This document shows, piece by piece, positions 8,124 through 14,209 of a DNA stretch of 32,000 nt. Position numbers and translations under genes: made by a program. Origin of the DNA: Thermosulfurimonas dismutans (GTDB lineage Bacteria; Desulfobacterota; Thermodesulfobacteria; Thermodesulfobacteriales; Thermodesulfobacteriaceae); the NCBI RefSeq assembly GCF_001652585.1, contig NZ_LWLG01000016.1, positions 1 through 32,000 on the forward strand, written 5' to 3'. The notes beneath the pieces were generated by a model. That model ran no database searches. It was not told where the DNA came from and was given only the letters and a program-made list of their open reading frames with translations. The number at the start of each line of letters is the position of its first letter. Positions within the stretch are counted from its first letter, which is position 1.

Positions 8124-8153
8124 AGAGTAAAAACATTCTGCCCGATATGTCCA
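8124..8153 (-). promoter_or_regulatory. Candidate cas6 promoter (TGGACA-18-TACTCT-8-ATG), leaderless geometry
   Basis: Hexamers read on the minus strand. No SD lies in the 8 nt before the ATG at 8115. Confidence 0.3.
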
Positions 8154-8209
8154 GGGGTTAGAGCCTGAAGTGCGCGACTATGTCATCCGCCGGTAGCCTT
8201 CCTGGCCCC

Positions 8210-8237
8210 TTGACAACCATCCAAGGGTTATGATACT
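8210..8237 (+). promoter_or_regulatory. Candidate sigma70-type promoter TTGACA-16-GATACT for the small ORF / kinase unit
   Basis: -35 at 8210-8215 and -10 at 8232-8237. It lies back-to-back with the cas6 promoter candidate, about 56 bp away. Confidence 0.4.
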
Positions 8238-8272
8238 AATTGCAAAAGAAATTCAATAACCAAAAGGTGGTT

Positions 8273-8590
8273 ATGAGGTTTAACGGGCTCAGCATCACCT
8301 TCGAGTGGACAGGTAAGCAGGTTTCTCCTGAGAAGAAGCTGGCTGTGGCCGTGCTCCGCCAATGGTGCGCAGACATTTTGCGATTGAGGAATAAGCCCCG
8401 CTTTCACTGGGATCGAGACGATTGGCTTACTTACACTTGGCCTGAGACCGACTGGGCCTGGTTCTGGTGCTGCCTCGCTGGGAGTAATCCGGTTCACCTC
8501 AAAAGGTGGCGAGATCTCATGCTGGTTGAGCCTAATGAGACTGAAGGGAACCTTCGAAACAGGAGGTGTTTGTCCCTCGGTATATCCTAA
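8273..8590 (+). CDS. Hypothetical Trp-rich protein, 105 aa, no family recognised
   Basis: The ORF-track ORF 8240-8590 starts at a TTG inside the predicted 5' UTR. ATG 8273, preceded by AAAAGGTGG, is the more likely start. The sequence MRFNGLSITFEWTGKQV...HWDRDDWLTYTWPETDWAWFWCCLAG has 9 Trp. It lies 39 nt upstream of the kinase gene. Confidence 0.45.
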   Translation: MRFNGLSITFEWTGKQVSPEKKLAVAVLRQWCADILRLRNKPRFHWDRDDWLTYTWPETDWAWFWCCLAGSNPVHLKRWRDLMLVEPNETEGNLRNRRCLSLGIS

Positions 8591-8629
8591 TCAGGGAGCT
8601 TTATTACATTTTGGTATGAGGAAAAGCCT

Positions 8630-9439
8630 ATGGAAAAGGAAAAACGAGAAATTTTTCGGGAAGGGCTAACTGGTCGCGATTTTCACGCCTTTCAGGAATA
8701 TCTGCAATTACAACGCATGGAGGCCATCGAAAACCTGTCTCGGGGTATTTACCATGATCTAAGAAACTGTTTGACCGTTCTAAAAGGCGGTTTGGAGATC
8801 CTGTCGCTGAAATGTGCCAAGAGTGGGAACGAGCTTTGTCCGAGGATCAAGGCTCTGCGAAAGATTGTGGAACAATTAGGGGAGTTAGTTGAAAGACTTA
8901 GTGCTTTACAGGCAAACGGATTAGAAGGGCACAAAGAAGCTCTTGAACTAAAAGATCTATCTTCCGAAGTAAAGGAAATCCTGAGGTCTATTCAAACAGG
9001 GCTTCCACCAGGGATAAGGCTCCGTTTTGAGCCTTCCTTTTGCCCTCTTCCGGTAAAAATGGGCCCGGGAGAGTGTTGGCGTGTGGTAAGTAACCTGGTC
9101 TCTAACGCCTGTGAAGCCATGAATGGAGAGGGGGAGATTCTCATATCCACGTCTTTAAGGCAAGTAAGCGAGGAGGAGTGCAGACTTCACGGGAACGCTT
9201 ATCCGGGGGAGTTTGCGGTGCTTGTCTGCCAGGATCAAGGCTGTGGAATTCCGGAAGAGATGCTTGACAAGATTTTCGAGCCTATGGTCACTACCAAAGG
9301 GGAAAATGCAAGCCGTAACAGGGGCTGGGGGTTAGCTATTGTCTATAGCCTGGTAAAACGCCGCGGCGGTTGGATCCACGTTACCAGTAAACTCGGGGAA
9401 GGCACTAGGTTTGAAATTTATTTCCCCCTGGCCAAATAG
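8630..9439 (+). CDS. Cytoplasmic histidine kinase core (DHp + HATPase_c only, no sensor or TM domain)
   Basis: 269 aa. H-box IYHDLRNCLTVL, N-box VVSNLVSNACEAM, G1/F DQGCGIPEEMLDKIFEPMVTTK, G2 GWGLAIVYSLV...GEGTRFEIYFP. SD GAGGA lies 8 nt upstream. No response regulator is present in the window. Confidence 0.85.
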   Translation: MEKEKREIFREGLTGRDFHAFQEYLQLQRMEAIENLSRGIYHDLRNCLTVLKGGLEILSLKCAKSGNELCPRIKALRKIVEQLGELVERLSALQANGLEGHKEALELKDLSSEVKEILRSIQTGLPPGIRLRFEPSFCPLPVKMGPGECWRVVSNLVSNACEAMNGEGEILISTSLRQVSEEECRLHGNAYPGEFAVLVCQDQGCGIPEEMLDKIFEPMVTTKGENASRNRGWGLAIVYSLVKRRGGWIHVTSKLGEGTRFEIYFPLAK

Positions 9440-9520
9440 GACCTTCAAGTTAAGTCCTGTGGCCCGGGAAGTGAAGGTGCGCCGTGGTGTTGACCTCGGA
9501 GGGGAAGGGCCTCAATGGCA

Positions 9521-10378
9521 TCAAGCCCGGGCCTTTCTCCAAGTTTTCATAACCTTGAATGCGGCCATAACAAGTCCCGAAATGCCGGCCACGCTTACCG
9601 AAACGGTAGGCCCTAAAGGAGTGTCAAAGAGGGGATGGATACTGATCCCAAAACCCAGGCCGGCTCCCAAGAAACCGATCAAACTCGAAAACACCAGGAA
9701 ACGATTGAGACCGGAGACCAGGTTTCTGGTTGCAAGCGGTGGAAAGAGCATAAGGGAGAAGACTACCAGAGGACCGATCACAACGGCCCCTACGGAAATG
9801 GAAAGCCCTACCAGCACCAGAAGAAACGCATTCCAGAACCTGACCCTCTTGCCCAAAATCCTGGCCAGATCCGGATCAAAGGAGACCAATACAAACTCTC
9901 TCCGAAAAAGGAGGAGACAGGCGATGACGCTCCCAAAGACGACCACGGCCGTAAGAACCTCGGTGGAGGAGACCATAATGAGATCTCCCCGAAGTCTTTC
10001 CATAATCTGGGCCTGACTCCAGGGGTTTTTGGCCACGAAAAGTAAACTCAGCGAAAGGGCCAGGGCGTAGGCGGCCCCTATGCGGGCTTCGCTAATTGCC
10101 TCCCGCCTCTCGAGAAGGGCCAGTATGACTAGGGCCAAAAGGCTTACTAGGAAAGGGCTACCGAAGGCCATCAGTTTTTGGACTCCCGGGGGAAGGACAT
10201 GATCGAAGATGGTTAAGATAAAGAGATTCAAGGCCATTCCGGCCATGGCCAGATGGGGTAAGGCCACTCCCAAAAACACCCAACGTCTGAGCAGAAAATA
10301 GGCCCCGATGACCGGATAAATCAGACCGGAGATGAGGGTCATGAGGCATGCATGGCGAAAGATATCAAAAGTCTCCAT
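9521..10378 (-). CDS. Metal ABC transporter permease (ZnuB/TroD, ABC-3 family)
   Basis: 285 aa polytopic membrane protein with a composition typical of the ABC-3 family. It is the last gene of an operon with a ZnuC-like ATPase and a ZnuA-like binding protein. Confidence 0.8.
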   Translation of the reverse strand: METFDIFRHACLMTLISGLIYPVIGAYFLLRRWVFLGVALPHLAMAGMALNLFILTIFDHVLPPGVQKLMAFGSPFLVSLLALVILALLERREAISEARIGAAYALALSLSLLFVAKNPWSQAQIMERLRGDLIMVSSTEVLTAVVVFGSVIACLLLFRREFVLVSFDPDLARILGKRVRFWNAFLLVLVGLSISVGAVVIGPLVVFSLMLFPPLATRNLVSGLNRFLVFSSLIGFLGAGLGFGISIHPLFDTPLGPTVSVSVAGISGLVMAAFKVMKTWRKARA

Positions 10379-10387
10379 AGACTGACC

Positions 10388-11044
10388 TCAAGTTAGGGGA
10401 GATACTCGTCCATTATCAACCCAGAAGACACGGTCCGCCCATCCTCTCAAAAAGGGGAGATCGTGGTGAATCAGAAGGATAGTCAGATTCTGTTCGCTCT
10501 TCAGACGTGTTAGTTGCTGTGAAATGAGGGTTGTGCTCTCCATATCCAGGCCGCTGAAGGGCTCGTCAAGGAAAAGGATTTCGGGGCGCGAGAGGAGGGC
10601 TCGGGCCAGAAGGGCCCTTTGTCGCTGACCATGTGAGAGTTCCCAAAACTTTCTCCGATATTCCCTTTCGAGCCGGACCGTCTTCAGGGCATCGAGCACC
10701 TTGGATTTATGACGGCTAAGCCTCTCCCAGGGCCCGAGGTCTCGATAAAGCCCCATGGCGACTACCTCCCAAACCGTAAGAGGGTAAAGGGGATCAAGGC
10801 GGTCCTGTTGGGGCACGTAGCCCAAATTGGGACGACCCGCATCCCCGAAAAAGGTGACGCGCCCTGCTATGGGTTTGATCAACCCCAGCAGGGCGCGAAA
10901 GAGGGTGGTCTTGCCGGCCCCGTTAGGACCGATGAAACCCACTATTTGGCCGGCCGTGACTTCCAAACTCACTTTTTCAAGGATTAGCCGGCTGTCGTAA
11001 GCCACAGTGAGGTCCTCGACCCTGATGGCCGTTTTTCTATTCAT
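10388..11044 (-). CDS. Metal ABC transporter ATP-binding protein (ZnuC-like)
   Basis: 218 aa. Walker A GPNGAGKTT, signature LSHGQRQR, Walker B LFLDEPFSGLD, H-loop LLIHHD. Confidence 0.9.
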   Translation of the reverse strand: MNRKTAIRVEDLTVAYDSRLILEKVSLEVTAGQIVGFIGPNGAGKTTLFRALLGLIKPIAGRVTFFGDAGRPNLGYVPQQDRLDPLYPLTVWEVVAMGLYRDLGPWERLSRHKSKVLDALKTVRLEREYRRKFWELSHGQRQRALLARALLSRPEILFLDEPFSGLDMESTTLISQQLTRLKSEQNLTILLIHHDLPFLRGWADRVFWVDNGRVSPLT

Positions 11045-11948
11045 CTCTTATTTCCGAAAGCCCCTCGATGAGATAGTCGATCAATTCCGGCCAGGTCTTC
11101 ACCTCCGGTACCCCTCCCACCATGACCGGCAGACTGACAAGAGGGACTCCCAACGCCCTGGCCACCCGCCTGGGCGTCTTTTCCGGATAGTAAACCTCCC
11201 TTATCACCACCTCGCAGCCGTTCCGGCGGGCCTTCTCCAGGAGTTCCTTAAGATGGGTAGGGGTTGGCTCCACCCCGGTTGCCAACTGAATCGTCCCTAC
11301 TTCGATCATGCCGAAGCGCCTGGCAAAATAGCCGAAGGTCTTATGATAGCTAATGAAACGCAGCCCTCGAAGTTTCTCTCCCTTTTCCTTCCATTCATGC
11401 CATTTTTCCCGCAAAAATTCGAGATAAGCGGAAAGGTTGGCCTGATAGTAGGCAGCATTGGTCGGATCGTTGAGGCTAAGGCCTTCAGCAATGGCTTTGG
11501 CCATTTTAGGGCCCGCTTTGGGATCGAGGTTGTAATGGGGATTGCCCTTGGGATGAACATGTCCTAAGGCCGGATCGATGGCCTCAGGAATTTCAATGGG
11601 GATGATATACTTGGAGGCATCTACATAACCCGGCGCTCCGTAGCGTATCTTTTTGTTGCGGCTGGCCTCAATTAAGGCCGGAAGCCAGGCGTGTTCGGCC
11701 TCCAGTCCCAGAACAATTAGGACATCTGCCTTTCTAAGGGTGACCAGGAAGCTCGGTTTCAGCGGAACATGGTGGAGGTTTTCTACTCCCGTGGTAAGGC
11801 TTACGACCTCTACCCGCTCCTTCCCGATCTGTCTGGCTATGTCAGCCAAATCGGGCACCGAGGTTACCACGAAAAGTTTTTTGGCCCAGCCGAAGGGAGC
11901 CAGAAGGAGTAGAAGGCTAAGTCCTAAAATTATCGTTTTCCATTTCAT
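11037..11948 (-). CDS. Periplasmic metal-binding protein, ZnuA/TroA family
   Basis: Start refined to ATG 11948, preceded by AAAGGAGGAGG. The signal peptide is MKWKTIILGLSLLLLLAPFGWA. His-containing motifs NLHHVPL, EAEHAWLP and GNPHYNLDP resemble cluster-9 SBP metal ligands. The ORF-track start at 12011 overlaps the upstream gene. Confidence 0.8.
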   Translation of the reverse strand: MKWKTIILGLSLLLLLAPFGWAKKLFVVTSVPDLADIARQIGKERVEVVSLTTGVENLHHVPLKPSFLVTLRKADVLIVLGLEAEHAWLPALIEASRNKKIRYGAPGYVDASKYIIPIEIPEAIDPALGHVHPKGNPHYNLDPKAGPKMAKAIAEGLSLNDPTNAAYYQANLSAYLEFLREKWHEWKEKGEKLRGLRFISYHKTFGYFARRFGMIEVGTIQLATGVEPTPTHLKELLEKARRNGCEVVIREVYYPEKTPRRVARALGVPLVSLPVMVGGVPEVKTWPELIDYLIEGLSEIRDE

Positions 11949-11965
11949 GGTTTCTACCTCCTCCT

Positions 11966-13300
11966 TTAGTATTGGAAAGGATGCTTGTGAGAGCCCAGAG
12001 TGAAGGTCCACTGTAGGAAGACTTCGTGGGCGTAGCTCCGATCATCGTAGAGTTTGTGCCCCAGCTTGCGATAATTGTACTGGAACCTCCAGCGATGCCT
12101 TTCGGAAGGAGAAAAGGTCAGGTAAGGGGTATAGGTATATTCGTTGTTTTTGTTATTCAGGTATTGAAACTGATCGTAACGAAAACCTAATGACCATTTA
12201 GGGCTAAACTTATACTCCAGGTAAGCATAACCACCCCAGGCATGCTGAACATGGGCCTCTTCCTCATGGGCTTCATGGGCAAATCTTATTCGATTGAAAA
12301 GTACCTCCATTCCAAAGTCCAGACGCTGATAATGGGCCTTGCTCAGAGGAAACCAGGTGTACTTGAAGTCAAAGGCGTAGGTTTGGCGATCCTGCGTGTC
12401 AAAACGAAGATAAGTTGCGCCTAGGCGGAAATTGTGGTCCGGAAAAGGATCAAACCCCGTTGAGATCCTGGCCAGATAAGCGAAGTCATCGGTGGAGCGG
12501 TGGATGTGGGAGTTTGCCTCGTGATGATGCCCCTCATCGTGTGAATGTCCTTCAAATTCGTCGTAGATTCCTAGTGTCAGGTGGAGATACCTTTCAATCG
12601 GTACTAACCATCCCAGCTCGACCCCGGTCACAATGGGTTCACCCCCCAGATAGGCCTTAAGGGAGGGAGGACGATCCACGAACGGGAGATCGTGCTCGTG
12701 GACCTTGGCCAGATGACCGAAATCGGCAAAGAACTTGCCTCCTTTTAGGGAAAAACCCATGGGCAGACGGACAACGCCGGCGGCCTCATGAAGTTCAACA
12801 TCCTCTTCGGTGCCCAGGATGACTGCGTAGGCCGAAAGGAAGGGATCAACGCTTCCGGAGAGCATTAGCTCTGCCGAACGAAGATCAAAACTATTGTCCC
12901 GACCTTCATTGGAATAGTATTTGGCCATGGTGTCGATGGTCAGAGAGACCGCCGGGTTGAACATGCTGGGGAAGGTCCTTACGGAACTGGAGATGACCGG
13001 TTGGATCTCTTCTAAAACCTCTTCTTTTACTTCTTCTTTAAGGCGTTGAGAATCCTTTGCCAGATACTTCTCTTCTTCGACCCTTTTTAGACGTTCCTCT
13101 AAGAGCTTGATGCGTCGTTCATAACTTGCTTTAAGCTCTTCAAGTTGTCTTTCATAGTTTTCCCGCAGAAGACGGATTTCTTCTCTTAGTTTAGAAATTT
13201 CAGAGAATTCGGTTTCGGAGGGGTTGGCCGAAAGGACCTGCCCCACCGAAGTAACCGTTAAAACCACGACCAGTAAAAATATCAATATCAGGCCCCTCAT
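11966..13300 (-). CDS. Putative outer-membrane beta-barrel protein with N-terminal coiled coil and His-rich loop
   Basis: Start refined to ATG 13300, preceded by AAGGAGGGAG. The signal peptide is MRGLILIFLLVVVLTVTSVGQVLSA. A heptad-like charged segment follows (KLREEIRLLRENYERQLEELKASYERRIKLLEERLKRVEEE). The body is rich in alternating aromatic residues and ends ...HPFQY. The His cluster is EGHSHDEGHHHEANSHIH. Confidence 0.6.
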   Translation of the reverse strand: MRGLILIFLLVVVLTVTSVGQVLSANPSETEFSEISKLREEIRLLRENYERQLEELKASYERRIKLLEERLKRVEEEKYLAKDSQRLKEEVKEEVLEEIQPVISSSVRTFPSMFNPAVSLTIDTMAKYYSNEGRDNSFDLRSAELMLSGSVDPFLSAYAVILGTEEDVELHEAAGVVRLPMGFSLKGGKFFADFGHLAKVHEHDLPFVDRPPSLKAYLGGEPIVTGVELGWLVPIERYLHLTLGIYDEFEGHSHDEGHHHEANSHIHRSTDDFAYLARISTGFDPFPDHNFRLGATYLRFDTQDRQTYAFDFKYTWFPLSKAHYQRLDFGMEVLFNRIRFAHEAHEEEAHVQHAWGGYAYLEYKFSPKWSLGFRYDQFQYLNNKNNEYTYTPYLTFSPSERHRWRFQYNYRKLGHKLYDDRSYAHEVFLQWTFTLGSHKHPFQY

Positions 13301-13427
13301 AGCTCCCTCCTTATTCTTAGGTTTTAGGAAATGCTTATTCCTGATTGAAAAGAGGTTTTTGGAATGGCCCTGAAGGGCACGGCCCATCTTTAACGTCGGG
13401 TGCCAGAAGGAAGAGACAAAATATCTT

Positions 13428-13440
13428 TCAGGTCACCTGA
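13428..13440. promoter_or_regulatory. 6-1-6 palindrome TCAGGT-C-ACCTGA upstream of the OMP gene
   Basis: Read directly from the sequence. It lies in the 200-bp gap between the small membrane ORF and the OMP start. Its function is unknown and it could occur by chance. Confidence 0.25.
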
Positions 13441-13499
13441 TCGGCTAAATTCAGTTTCCGAGTCCGCTTTTTATTCCTTGAGGAGCCTGGCCGAGCCCT

Positions 13500-13904
13500 T
13501 CAGGATATGCAGACGGGAGGGGCCCTGGTTTGAAAATGAACAAAAGAAGTTCGGCTTAGAAATTCACGGAAGCAAAATCTTATTGCAAGCTTTATCGCCC
13601 AAATAACCAAATAAATGAAAAGGGAGGGTAGGGCACTTTGGGCCAAAAGGTAGGTAAGACAGACGGGACAATTTTGGGTAGTGTGGTGAGGCCTTTTTCC
13701 CGAATCCTGGTCGGGAGGGTGGGTATAAGCTGGTTTAAAAGGGACGCAGGTATAGCAAAAGCTTTCTGAAAATATTTCATTTATGTGCTTTCTTTGATGG
13801 AGAGGGATGATTAAATAGAGGGCGACCAGATAAATAAAAAGGCTTGCTAGGGAGATCAGTTTAATTTTACGTCTTGAGCTACCGGCTATCGAACCGGTAT
13901 TCAT
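13500..13904 (-). CDS. Hypothetical small membrane protein with Cys motifs (alternative starts at 13913 and 13922)
   Basis: Two hydrophobic helices (LISLASLFIYLVALYLIIPL and LPSLFIYLVIWAIKLAI). Motifs FCYTC and HHTTQNCPVC are present. It is co-oriented at the head of the metal-uptake operon. The region is AT-rich and coding status is uncertain. Confidence 0.3.
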   Translation of the reverse strand: MNTGSIAGSSRRKIKLISLASLFIYLVALYLIIPLHQRKHINEIFSESFCYTCVPFKPAYTHPPDQDSGKRPHHTTQNCPVCLTYLLAQSALPSLFIYLVIWAIKLAIRFCFREFLSRTSFVHFQTRAPPVCIS

Positions 13905-13911
13905 CGTCAAC

Positions 13912-13940
13912 ATCTTGAGCAATCAAGACATATTTGTCAA
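13912..13940 (-). promoter_or_regulatory. Candidate leaderless promoter TTGACA-17-CAAGAT-7-ATG(13904)
   Basis: Hexamers read on the minus strand. The geometry matches the ATPase, cas6 and tunR-like candidates. Confidence 0.3.
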
Positions 13941-14171
13941 TACCTCCCAAGGCCTTTCCACCTCGGGTGTTTCCATTATATCGGGCCTTAAACTCTAAGG
14001 CTCCCGTCTTGTTTCCATGAAAAGGGGATAAGCCCCGGGCTTCCGGCTGGGTATTATAGGCTTCCCTAGTGATTCTTTGCTTTTAAAGAAAAATAAGCTT
14101 TATATAGGGCCTTTCCTCGACTTTTAGACTTGAAATTAGATATAAAGATCTATTTTGATTTTTTAATGAGT

Positions 14172-14200
14172 TTGACTCTCCTTGCGCTCTTCGCTAAAAA
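14172..14200 (+). promoter_or_regulatory. Candidate promoter TTGACT-17-TAAAAA, 9 nt before GTG 14210
   Basis: Hexamers read on the plus strand in the AT-rich intergenic region upstream of the GGDEF-EAL gene. Confidence 0.3.
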
Positions 14201-14209
14201 GAGATACTA

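Noticed and set aside
8228-8497. Minus-strand 89-aa ORF overlapping the Trp-rich plus-strand ORF
   Set aside because: It has no promoter or SD context. Its Pro/Ser/Leu-rich sequence is less protein-like than the plus-strand frame, which has a promoter, an SD and tight spacing to the kinase gene. Neither ORF is proven.
9440-9535. Possible bidirectional terminator between the convergent kinase and permease genes (AGGAC-N11-GTCCT, and GGCCCGGG ... CCCGGGCC about 55 nt apart)
   Set aside because: The stems are short or have very large loops, and neither is followed by a U-tract on either strand.
9411-11567. Plus-strand ORFs 9411-10016, 9635-10045, 10709-10987 and 11007-11567 over the metal ABC transporter genes
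   Set aside because: They lie antisense to genes with clear ABC permease, ATPase and SBP signatures. Their translations are low-complexity.
11949-13387. ORF-track N-terminal extensions of the ZnuA-like gene (to 12011) and the OMP gene (to 13387); the same was noted for the regulator (TTG 30772)
   Set aside because: Internal ATGs are preceded by strong AAGGAGG-type SDs and followed immediately by signal peptides. The extended versions overlap upstream genes or promoter elements.
13923-14209. Possible ncRNA or c-di-GMP riboswitch in the 287-bp gap upstream of the GGDEF-EAL gene; it includes two TATAAT hexamers on the minus strand and the palindrome AAGCCC-C-GGGCTT
   Set aside because: I could not recognise any conserved GEMM-type sequence blocks. 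The TATAAT hexamers lack acceptable -35 partners. The palindromes are short and GC-rich and could arise by chance.
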